This document shows, piece by piece, positions 27,871-36,718 of a stretch of 64,000 nt of DNA. The position numbers were made by a program, and so were the translations under genes. The DNA comes from Bacteroides sp. (GTDB lineage Bacteria > Bacteroidota > Bacteroidia > Bacteroidales > SM23-62), in assembly GCA_011053095.1 (NCBI GenBank), contig DRHS01000002.1, positions 2,122-66,121 on the forward strand, in the 5' to 3' direction. Position 1 is the stretch's first letter. Every line of letters starts with the position of its first letter. Below the pieces are notes generated by a model. That model ran no database searches. It saw only the letters and a list, made by a program, of their open reading frames with translations, and was not told where the DNA came from.

Positions 27871-29553
27871 TTAATATCCCGGATTTTGTGTAACAATGCC
27901 ATTCGAAAGGTCAATCTCCACCTGGGGTATCGGGAATATTTCGTTGACCCCTTTGACGAAATGTTTCTTATACCGGTCCAGTCCCATTTTCTGATTAAAC
28001 TCGGCCAGTCTCTCAGCTGCCTGTCCCGTCCTTACAATATCCCAGAACCTGTCGAATTCACAGGCCTTTTCTATTCTTCTTTCCTTCCATATCCGGTCGC
28101 GGACCTGGAGATAATTTCCATATGGTATGTCATCAGGACCTGATGGGATGGCTGTCCACCGTCCACTGACAGCAATTTGTCGTGCCCTGTATCTTAACTT
28201 ATTTGCTTCATCAATGGCAGCAACCGGATCTCCAGTCTCATTCAGTGCTTCGGCATAATACAGAATAATGTCGGCGAAGCGCAACATCCTGAAATTTTTA
28301 GGATTCCCAGCCTGAAGCTGTCTCTCATATCGCAGGGTATACCATTTATAGCAGGAGGTATATGTCGGTCCTGCCTGTCCACCGATAGAAGTATTATCGG
28401 GTACAAAGCCAGGCTGCTCAAGCACTGTAGTAAACAACCTGGGATCATTGCTTGAACCTTTCAGATCGAGCAGGTTCTGGGAAGGTTGTATGATATCAGC
28501 ATGGGGATAATTCCTGGAATTAAGTTCCTCTGAAAACCATGATCCAAAATTCCTGTCTATGTTGGGTGTGTTTACATGATTGACTTCAATCAAGGAACTC
28601 TCGGAGAATTCCCCGGAAAGATTCCACAACTCATCATAGGCAGTGGAAAGATTGTATTTACCAGCAACCATAATCAGGCTGTCCAGATTTAAGCTATTTC
28701 TGAATCCAAGCCTTTCTGCAATCTCTTCCGGGGATTCATCAGGATATAGGTTGTCGAAATCCAGTAATTCGCGAATGGACATGTTTTCCTGGTTAATGAA
28801 TGCAGATCCCATACTTACCACCTCGTCCCATTTTGGGTGCTGAATCCCCGGTTTGCCCTGGTAAGCAAGAACCTTAATGAGGAGGCCTGTTGCTGCTCCT
28901 TTTGTAATATGTCCAAATTCTTCCTCTATGTAAGATTCCCTGAGTCCAAGAATAGATTCCCGGAGGTCTTTTTCAATATACTGGTATACTTCCGTGAGAG
29001 AAGACCGTGGCTGGACAAAATTGTCTGTTCCATCTGCAGTAATCTCCAACTTCTCTGGTTTTATAGGCACACCTCCATAGGTTTTAACAAGATTGAAGTA
29101 GAACAGTGCCCTTAGAAATTTGGCCTGGCATATTATCTCCCTTAGAACATTCTGGTTTGCACCCCCTAAGCCCGGCCACTGGTATGTCCCGGGTGCATTA
29201 AGAATGATCCAGTTTGCACGAAAGATACCTGTGTAATTGATCTGCCATCGTGTCCTAATCATATCATTATCAGAAGAAAACGTAAATAGCCCTACCTGAC
29301 CCAGGTGGCTGGATGGATTGACGCCATCCGTAAGAGTGCAATCATCTCCGCAACCGTCGCCAAACAACCATTCACTTTTTTGAAAATTGTTATCTGCAAG
29401 AATTGAATATACCGCGTTAAGACCGATCTGCAATTCATTCAGATTTTGATAGAACTTTTCATCAGTCGGGTTACCCTGGGGCGTATGCTCGAAATAATCC
29501 TCACAAGAGGAAAACAAAACAAGGATTATTGTAAAACAAATGGTCTTTCTCAT
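27871..29553 (-). CDS. susD: SusD/RagB family nutrient-binding outer-membrane lipoprotein
   Basis: Follows susC with an 11-nt gap. MRKTICFTIILVLFSSC is a lipoprotein signal; the track start at 29595 would overlap susC. SusD-like features: RALFYFNLVKTYGGVP, LRFADIILYYAEALNE, IWKERRIEKACEFDRFWDIVR. Confidence 0.9.
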   Translation of the reverse strand: MRKTICFTIILVLFSSCEDYFEHTPQGNPTDEKFYQNLNELQIGLNAVYSILADNNFQKSEWLFGDGCGDDCTLTDGVNPSSHLGQVGLFTFSSDNDMIRTRWQINYTGIFRANWIILNAPGTYQWPGLGGANQNVLREIICQAKFLRALFYFNLVKTYGGVPIKPEKLEITADGTDNFVQPRSSLTEVYQYIEKDLRESILGLRESYIEEEFGHITKGAATGLLIKVLAYQGKPGIQHPKWDEVVSMGSAFINQENMSIRELLDFDNLYPDESPEEIAERLGFRNSLNLDSLIMVAGKYNLSTAYDELWNLSGEFSESSLIEVNHVNTPNIDRNFGSWFSEELNSRNYPHADIIQPSQNLLDLKGSSNDPRLFTTVLEQPGFVPDNTSIGGQAGPTYTSCYKWYTLRYERQLQAGNPKNFRMLRFADIILYYAEALNETGDPVAAIDEANKLRYRARQIAVSGRWTAIPSGPDDIPYGNYLQVRDRIWKERRIEKACEFDRFWDIVRTGQAAERLAEFNQKMGLDRYKKHFVKGVNEIFPIPQVEIDLSNGIVTQNPGY

Positions 29554-29564
29554 TTTCTTCAACG

Positions 29565-32500
29565 TTAAAAAGTTACATTTAATCCAAGTTGCCATGTCCT
29601 GGCCTGGGGGTAATTTGCATTATCAAATCCTAGTTTTAGATTGTCAGTTCTTCCCGTCTGGGGATCAAGTCCCCCAATCTCGGGATCCATCCCATTATAA
29701 TCGGTAAAGGTCATAAGATTAAGAACTCCGAGGTATACCCGTAGGTGCTGAATGCGCAATTTTTCGCAAATCCCGGATGACAAACTATAACCCAGTTGAA
29801 CGTTTTTCAACCTCAGATAGGATCCATCTTTTACATAGAAATCAGACGGCCTGTAATTCTTGTTCTTTCCTTCTGCCAGTTTTGCACGTGGCAAATCCGC
29901 TTCAGTGTTTATCAGCCTGGTATCGTTCGGATCATTGTCATTCACATAATCCATGTAGAAAAGATTCCAGGTTCCCTCAAGGGCATTATTGTTATGAAAT
30001 GCCCTTAGATTATAGTCCATTTCATTGTATATACTATTCCCAAAACCTCCCTGAAGAAAGGCTGTAAAATCAAATCCTTTGTAATCAAAGCCCAGGTTAA
30101 TACCCAGCAGGATATCGGGATGTGGACTTCCGATAAATGTTCTGTCCTTGTCATCGATAAGACCATCTCCATTCAGGTCAAGGAACCTTACATCCCCTGG
30201 CTGGGCCAGGTCCTTCTGAGAACTTTCAGCGATTTCCTCCCAACTTCTGAAGAGGCCATCTGCTACCCAGCCGTACATCATCCCGATTGGATAACCGACA
30301 ACAGTTTTTGTCCGGAAATAATCCTGATCGTAGGCACCCCAAACTGGATCATTCCGCTGCCCCAGGCTTGTAACTTTATTGGTGATACTTGTGAAATTAA
30401 ATCCGGCATTGTACTTAAATCTATTTTTGGTATTTCGATATTCCAGGGTGAATTCGTAACCTGTGTTCTGAACCTCACCTGCATTTCGGTAGGGATTAAT
30501 ATCCATTCCGGATGATGGAACCAGAGGAATTCTCAGAAGCATATCCCGGGTATCCTTTTTGAAATAGTTCCCTGTCATGTAAAGGCTGCGAAAAAGATTG
30601 ATATCGAATCCCAGGTTATATGAAACCACAGTTTCCCACAATATACCTGAATTGGCTAAGCTCTGGGGAGCCCATCCGCTTTGTATGTGGTTCTTCCGGT
30701 CGGAACCATAGACATAATCCATCTTGGGGTATAGAAGGGTATAGATCCCATAATTCCCGATCCGGTCATTTCCATTCTGTCCGTAATTTGCTCTAAGTTT
30801 AATCATGTCTATCCAGACTGGGGGTGTCCAGAAATTTTCCTGAGTTATTCTCCATCCCACTGAAATGGATGGAAAGAATCCCCAGCGATTATCTTCTGAG
30901 AAACGGGAGGATGCATCGGCTCTGAATACTGCATTTAAAAGGTACCGTTCATCGTAGGAATATGTAAGCCTTGTAACACCACTGAAACGGGTCCAGCTTG
31001 ATGCCTGTCCCTGAGCAGAATTATAGCTGAAACCGGCGGATAAATAACCGTAATCCGGATCCGTTCCAACGAAACCCCAGTTACCACCATTCATATACTC
31101 GTTCCAGTTTCCCTCCATGCTGGAAACCAAAATGGCTCCCAGTTTATGCTTACCATAGATGTTATCGTAGCTAAAAATATTGTCCCATTGCCATTTGTTA
31201 TTGTAATTATAACTACTGTAATTATTTGAGCCGTAATCCCCGTAATTATAGTTGAATGCATCTGAGGCAGCCTGGAAATACTTCTGGAATACATCTGACC
31301 TCTGGTAGGACCCCAAGGTGGTATATTTGAAATGGGGAGTAATATCCCATTCAAGATTGAGGCTCATCCTGCCGGTTTCGGTAGTAATATTATTCTGTAC
31401 CCGGGTAATTCGGGTGTAAGGATTATCGGTCAGAAATCCATCGGTGTTGCGAAGCGTTGAGAGGGGACTCCAAATCAGGGCATCCTGGAAGGATGTACCG
31501 GGAACAACATTCTGGTCCGAATTACTGTAGAAGAGATTTGTTTTCAAAACGAGATTATCCCTCAGCTTGAAGGTAATATTCGAAATGATATTGTAGCGAT
31601 TATAATCACTTTTAATTACCATTCCCTTATCACTGAAATAATCTGCACTGAGATAGTATGTAATCTTTTCGGATCCACCCGTTAAAGAAAGATTGTATTT
31701 CTGAATGGCCCCTTTCTGAGAGATCAGGTCTACCCAGTCCTTTACAGCATCTTTGTAATCAGGGTGATCATCACTGCGGTTCTCATCAAGTCTTAACCTT
31801 GCCTTATCGATAAATCCCGAACCCACATTTTTGAAGATATCATACTCGGCCGGCCCCATGACATCGATAGTTTTCCAGTACTCTTTGAAGGCGTAGTAGG
31901 TATTGAAATTAACCTGGATCTTTCCACTTTTGCCTTCTTTTGTTGTAATTAATACAACACCGTTTGCAGCACGTGAACCATATACAGCTGCTGAGGCAGC
32001 ATCCTTCAGGATTTCTGTAGAGGCGATGTCTGAAGGGTTAACATTATTTATGTCTTCCACGATGATACCATCCACAACATACAAGGGCTCGGAATTATTA
32101 ATTGTCCCTGTCCCCCGAATCTTAATGGAAACTCCGTCACCTGGTGCCCCTGAATTCTGAACTACCTGCACACCTGCTGCACGACCCTGGATTGCTTGAG
32201 CAGCACTTGATACAGGCATTTTCTGAATTTCATCCACATCTATGGAGGCAATGGCCCCGGTTACCTCACTCTTCCTCATTTTGCCGTAACCAACAACAAT
32301 GATCTCGTCAATCTCTGTGATTTCTGCCAGCAACTGGATATCAATGATTGTTTGCACCGATATGGAAATTTCCTGAATGGCATAACCAATAAATGAGAAC
32401 ACCAGGATATCCCCATCATTTATTTCAATATTGTATAAACCATCAAGGTTGGTGACGGTACCGGAAGTTGTACCTTTTCTGAACACGTTGGCTCCGGGAA

Positions 32501-32621
32501 TTGCCTCTCCGTTCTCAGCATCTGTTACAGTACCAGAAATGGTTCTTTGTCCAAAATTAGATACCAGAATTCCAAAACTGATGAGAGTCACAAATACAAG
32601 AAATTTCCATTTTCCTTTCAT
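29565..32621 (-). CDS. susC: SusC/RagA family TonB-dependent outer-membrane transporter
   Basis: About 1018 aa. N-terminal carboxypeptidase-regulatory-like domain (ISGTVTDAENGEAIPGANV). Plug motifs (IVVGYGKMRKSEVTGAI, QGRAAGVQVVQNSGAPG, IRGTGTINNSEPLYVVDG). The C-terminal barrel ends in WQLGLNVTF. The ATG at 32621 gives MKGKWKF; the track start at 32627 is a TTG. Confidence 0.95.
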   Translation of the reverse strand: MKGKWKFLVFVTLISFGILVSNFGQRTISGTVTDAENGEAIPGANVFRKGTTSGTVTNLDGLYNIEINDGDILVFSFIGYAIQEISISVQTIIDIQLLAEITEIDEIIVVGYGKMRKSEVTGAIASIDVDEIQKMPVSSAAQAIQGRAAGVQVVQNSGAPGDGVSIKIRGTGTINNSEPLYVVDGIIVEDINNVNPSDIASTEILKDAASAAVYGSRAANGVVLITTKEGKSGKIQVNFNTYYAFKEYWKTIDVMGPAEYDIFKNVGSGFIDKARLRLDENRSDDHPDYKDAVKDWVDLISQKGAIQKYNLSLTGGSEKITYYLSADYFSDKGMVIKSDYNRYNIISNITFKLRDNLVLKTNLFYSNSDQNVVPGTSFQDALIWSPLSTLRNTDGFLTDNPYTRITRVQNNITTETGRMSLNLEWDITPHFKYTTLGSYQRSDVFQKYFQAASDAFNYNYGDYGSNNYSSYNYNNKWQWDNIFSYDNIYGKHKLGAILVSSMEGNWNEYMNGGNWGFVGTDPDYGYLSAGFSYNSAQGQASSWTRFSGVTRLTYSYDERYLLNAVFRADASSRFSEDNRWGFFPSISVGWRITQENFWTPPVWIDMIKLRANYGQNGNDRIGNYGIYTLLYPKMDYVYGSDRKNHIQSGWAPQSLANSGILWETVVSYNLGFDINLFRSLYMTGNYFKKDTRDMLLRIPLVPSSGMDINPYRNAGEVQNTGYEFTLEYRNTKNRFKYNAGFNFTSITNKVTSLGQRNDPVWGAYDQDYFRTKTVVGYPIGMMYGWVADGLFRSWEEIAESSQKDLAQPGDVRFLDLNGDGLIDDKDRTFIGSPHPDILLGINLGFDYKGFDFTAFLQGGFGNSIYNEMDYNLRAFHNNNALEGTWNLFYMDYVNDNDPNDTRLINTEADLPRAKLAEGKNKNYRPSDFYVKDGSYLRLKNVQLGYSLSSGICEKLRIQHLRVYLGVLNLMTFTDYNGMDPEIGGLDPQTGRTDNLKLGFDNANYPQARTWQLGLNVTF

Positions 32622-32668
32622 ATTCAAAATATTTCAAAAGAATTACGGGCTGACCGCAACGATAGAAA

Positions 32669-32701
32669 GGTGTCCCTGAATTCTGAAAAATTCAGGACAC
32701 C
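32669..32701 (-). terminator. hairpin terminator after the ELWxxDGT-repeat gene
   Basis: GGTGTCC(C)TGAATT (32669-32682) pairs with AATTCAGGACACC (32689-32701), a 13-bp stem with one bulged C and a 6-nt loop. It starts 7 nt after the stop codon at 32708-32710. The downstream T-tract on the minus strand is short (TTTCT). Confidence 0.5.
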
Positions 32702-32707
32702 ATATTA

Positions 32708-34672
32708 TTATTTAATTATGAAGTTTGCGGTTCGTACTCTGCCTTCAAGGGTAATCATAAAGACATAAAGACCGGACTCAAAATTACTTACCGGAACCTG
32801 GGAGCCTGACTCAACTCTCTGTCTCCAGATTACTTGTCCCACCGAATTCACGATCAATGCATTTGCAGATCCGGCTATTTTTATATCAACGGTTAGGTAA
32901 TCAGATGCCGGGTTGGGATATATAGCAAAACCCTGGTTCACCATCAGGTCTTCAACGGACTCAACCACGCAGGGTCCCTTATAATCACAGGTATCTCCAA
33001 TACTCTCCTGATAATCATCAATTCGTGTGTTTTTAAGGCTGGTTACAGCCGGCCCTTTCATAGTGGCATCATTCTGAGATTTTTTCGGCCAGCGTCCATC
33101 GTCATACATGTACAATCTCTGCTTATCAATATCACCCTCCTTGAATTTTGTAATGAAAGCAAGTTTTTCTCCCGCATTTATTAGGGAGTGGTAGATTGTG
33201 TTTTCATTACCCTGTTCATCAAAAACAGTTAGGGGTGTTTGGGTCGGATCATCTGCTCTTGGTTTCATGCTCCAGATCTTTCTGCTGGCTTCATCCTGGT
33301 CAGCTGCGTGATAATACATTCTGTCATTAACCACAACAAAGTCCTCCGGCCATCCACTATAGGCTCCTTCGCTTCCCGGCACATGATCATAGGTAAGGTA
33401 TACTTCATCGGTGTTGATATCGTAATGGAAGAGCTCGTATCCAACGTTTGGAAACACTCCGTGATGAGAACTGTCAATCCATACACCTGCAAACATATAG
33501 ACCAAACTGTCGAAAACCACCTCGTAACCCTGTAGCCAGGAAGGTGCTTCTGCTCCTTCCCATGCTCCGTTAATATTGAAAGTATGCTTAGTGCCGTCAG
33601 GGGTCAGATCTGTCTCACTCCATTCCACATGATGCAGTCCATCATCAGCACGGAAAAAAACTTTTCCTCCATATTGAAGTGGGAAGGCATATCCTGTACC
33701 CTGGGTTCGGGTGATATCATCTATCTCCAGGGCTGTATTAAAATCTTTTAATAGGTAGGTGCCTGCAGCCGTACCGTCAGTTACCCAGAGCTCTTCGCCT
33801 ATGCTGGAAAGCTCTGCTTCCTTATTTAGCCACCATGCAGGTGTTTCCGCCCTGAAAAGTATCTGTTTCTCATTAGCTACAACCTGCCATTCGATCTTCG
33901 TTGATTTAGTGGCACCATCAATGGGATTATCAATATCATCTGCAAAACCTATATCAAGTATCATATGCGTTCCTTCAGCAGTACCATCCGATACCCAGAA
34001 TTCCTCTCCGTATTTAGCATCCTGGCCTATAAAGAAGGCCTTGTTATTGGTCACCTGGATGAAGTAAATTGGAGGTTCAGCATCACCAGCATTTCTTATC
34101 TGGATCTCAGCCAGCATTTTGGTTCCCTCAGCGGTACCATCTGATATCCACAGCCATTTCTCTTCCTCCAGGTTGCTCCAAAGGTCTGTGGCCCTGAAAA
34201 CAACACTGCCATAAAAAGGTGTGATCATATCCGGAGAAGAGGAATTGCTTCCACTGAATACGTCTTTTACCATCACAGTGCCATCGGATGTTCCGTCTGT
34301 CATCCAGAGTTCGATCCCTGAAGATCCATCAAAGGCAGCAAAAAACACCTTGTCTCCTGATACTTCAAGGTTTGTTGGGGCTGAACTTCCTGAACCCGGA
34401 TTAATATCCTTCAGCAGTTTGGTGCCTGCAACCGAACCATCAGTAATCCAAATCTCTTCGCCATTGGTTGCATCTTTACCAACAAAAACGATCATGGTAT
34501 CAAGAACTGCAAGTTTTTTTCCATAATTCCCTTTGCCTGCGGTCGTATTCATTATTTCAACCCCATCGGGAGTAAGGTCGATAATGGTTCCTGGTGCACC
34601 CGGCTCAAGGGACTGAGCCTGCAGGAAGAAACCTACTAATAAGAAAAAGAAGGGTAAAAGAATTTTTTTCAT
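32708..34672 (-). CDS. ELWxxDGT-repeat protein with T9SS C-terminal sorting domain
   Basis: Repeated motif: EEIWITDGSVAGTKLLKDINPG, IELWMTDGTSDGTVMVKDV, WLWISDGTAEGTKMLAEI, EEFWVSDGTAEGTHMILDI, EELWVTDGTAAGTYLLKDF. Signal peptide MKKILLPFFFLLVGFFLQAQ. The C-terminal AIYPNPASDYLTVD...LYVFMITL is a T9SS CTD. Confidence 0.75.
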   Translation of the reverse strand: MKKILLPFFFLLVGFFLQAQSLEPGAPGTIIDLTPDGVEIMNTTAGKGNYGKKLAVLDTMIVFVGKDATNGEEIWITDGSVAGTKLLKDINPGSGSSAPTNLEVSGDKVFFAAFDGSSGIELWMTDGTSDGTVMVKDVFSGSNSSSPDMITPFYGSVVFRATDLWSNLEEEKWLWISDGTAEGTKMLAEIQIRNAGDAEPPIYFIQVTNNKAFFIGQDAKYGEEFWVSDGTAEGTHMILDIGFADDIDNPIDGATKSTKIEWQVVANEKQILFRAETPAWWLNKEAELSSIGEELWVTDGTAAGTYLLKDFNTALEIDDITRTQGTGYAFPLQYGGKVFFRADDGLHHVEWSETDLTPDGTKHTFNINGAWEGAEAPSWLQGYEVVFDSLVYMFAGVWIDSSHHGVFPNVGYELFHYDINTDEVYLTYDHVPGSEGAYSGWPEDFVVVNDRMYYHAADQDEASRKIWSMKPRADDPTQTPLTVFDEQGNENTIYHSLINAGEKLAFITKFKEGDIDKQRLYMYDDGRWPKKSQNDATMKGPAVTSLKNTRIDDYQESIGDTCDYKGPCVVESVEDLMVNQGFAIYPNPASDYLTVDIKIAGSANALIVNSVGQVIWRQRVESGSQVPVSNFESGLYVFMITLEGRVRTANFIIK

Positions 34673-34868
34673 AGCTATTAGTTTGATTGGTGAATAGACT
34701 TGGTTTAATTGTGTTTATTATATGAAAACAATATTATTAATTGATGAACAAATGGATTAAGATAAATCAACCTTGGATTGTGTCAAATCCTTCACTCGGG
34801 GGATTTATACTCCAGCCTTCCTGTGAAAAGGGTCCTCTGATAGAAATAATAAGACAATAAATATTTTT

Positions 34869-36443
34869 CTACTTTGTACTTCCCCACCATTCATTTCCGG
34901 GATCAAAATCCTTTGACAGAAATATCATCCTTTGGCGTTCAAGGTGGGGAAGAAGATTTTCTTCTATTTCTTTAAGATATGTCTGTTCATTCTCCAATAC
35001 ATATGTTGGATCTTTCCGGGGATACCTGGCATTGTTATCATTCAGGAATTCAAATAACTCTTTCATCAATTTCGAAACAAGTTCCGGTTGCTGACCCGAA
35101 ATCTCATGTTCTTCTTCCGGGTCATCCAGCAGGTTATACAACTCCTGCCGGCCATCTTCATAAAAATGAATGAGCTTCCAGGGTCCCTTGCGGATTATTG
35201 AAGATGGATCACCACCCTGGTTTCCATAATGAGGATAATGCCATATTAGTGAACGCTCACCAATGCTGCCACCACTTAACAGTGGAACGAGGCTGACGCC
35301 ATCGGAATGCTCTTCCGGCAATAGGTCTTCACCTATAAGATCGAGTATGGTAGGATAGAAATCACTCCCTGTGACAGGGACATCACATCTTTTCAATCCC
35401 TTCTGCCAGGGAACCTTAATGAAATAAGGTTCACGGATCCCTCCTTCATAAGCTTGTCCTTTACCACCCCGAAAGGGAAGATTTGAAGTCGCAAAAGCGT
35501 CCCCTGCTGCAACACCTCCATTGTCCGATGTGAAAATAACTATTGTATTGTCATTCAATCCCAATTCATCAAGACATGCAAGAACTTTTCCGACAGCATC
35601 ATCCATGCTTTCTACCAGTCCCCCGTAAACCGGATTATCCTGAACCTTTCTAATCGGGAGGTAATTCTCCATTTCGAATCCGGTTTTTAAAATTCCTGCA
35701 GCTTCAGCCTTCTGACGATATTTGGCCCATTTTTCCTGTGTGGTCTGGATGGGACCATGTACTGCATAAAAGGACAAAAAGGCAAAAAAGCTTGTGTCTT
35801 TATGTTCTGAAATGAATTTCACTGTTTCCCCGGCCAGACGCATGGATAGATTTTCTCCATTTTCCAGATTTTCCAGGTTCGGATTTTCCCAGGGAGAGAA
35901 ATATCCTCCCCGGGGACTGCCGGATTGCCAGCCTCCAATGTTAATGTCAAATCCATGATCTGAAGGCCAGGATCCTTCTTTGCCAAGATGCCATTTTCCG
36001 GCAAAGAATGTTTTATATCCTGCCTGTTTCATTGCCTCAGGAAGGGTAATGTATTCAGAGGAAAGATTATGGACGTATTCGGCAGGCAAAAGTTTATTGT
36101 ATCGTCCCAATTCCCTCCATTTTTCACCGGTTCTTGCACCGATCCAATCTGTAATGCCATGTCGGGCTGGAAACTTGCCGGACATTATACTTGCTCTTGA
36201 GGGACTGCAAACCTGGCAGTTTGCATATCCATTCGTAAAGACTATCCCTTCATTTCCTATCCTGTCAATATTCGGAGTTTCGTAAAATGCACTCCCCATA
36301 CAGTTCAGATCATAGTATCCCAAATCATCAGCCAGTATAAACAGTACGTTTGGTTTCATTGGATTAACCTCTTTACTGCCGCACCCAAATACAATAATGA
36401 CCAGGCAGACACCAGTGAAAATTTGCAGAGACCTCTTTTTCAT
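34869..36443 (-). CDS. S1-family (formylglycine-dependent) sulfatase, lipoprotein
   Basis: Lipoprotein signal (VIIVFGC). Metal-site motif NVLFILADDLGYYD. Formylglycine motif CQVCSPSRASIMSGKFPARHG (C-x-P-x-R). Also SDNGG and a GKW.L.K-type segment. Confidence 0.9.
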   Translation of the reverse strand: MKKRSLQIFTGVCLVIIVFGCGSKEVNPMKPNVLFILADDLGYYDLNCMGSAFYETPNIDRIGNEGIVFTNGYANCQVCSPSRASIMSGKFPARHGITDWIGARTGEKWRELGRYNKLLPAEYVHNLSSEYITLPEAMKQAGYKTFFAGKWHLGKEGSWPSDHGFDINIGGWQSGSPRGGYFSPWENPNLENLENGENLSMRLAGETVKFISEHKDTSFFAFLSFYAVHGPIQTTQEKWAKYRQKAEAAGILKTGFEMENYLPIRKVQDNPVYGGLVESMDDAVGKVLACLDELGLNDNTIVIFTSDNGGVAAGDAFATSNLPFRGGKGQAYEGGIREPYFIKVPWQKGLKRCDVPVTGSDFYPTILDLIGEDLLPEEHSDGVSLVPLLSGGSIGERSLIWHYPHYGNQGGDPSSIIRKGPWKLIHFYEDGRQELYNLLDDPEEEHEISGQQPELVSKLMKELFEFLNDNNARYPRKDPTYVLENEQTYLKEIEENLLPHLERQRMIFLSKDFDPGNEWWGSTK

Positions 36444-36718
36444 ATTGACTCTTAATTTAAAAATTGTTTAAAACTATGAATTGGCTTTTGAATTAACTAT
36501 GATAAAACAGGCATGAACTGTACCAGATTCATCAATCAGGGATGGCCGAACAAAATTCTATCTGCCAGGTACCAGCTAACATTTCAGCATACAACATATT
36601 GCACGGCTGAATGATTAGTCCAATAAAATGAAGAATAAATTTTATTTTGATCAATATTAAAGATCTAGATTTACCTCAAACAATTGAATCTGGTAGAAAA
36701 AAAATTAAAATCAACAAA

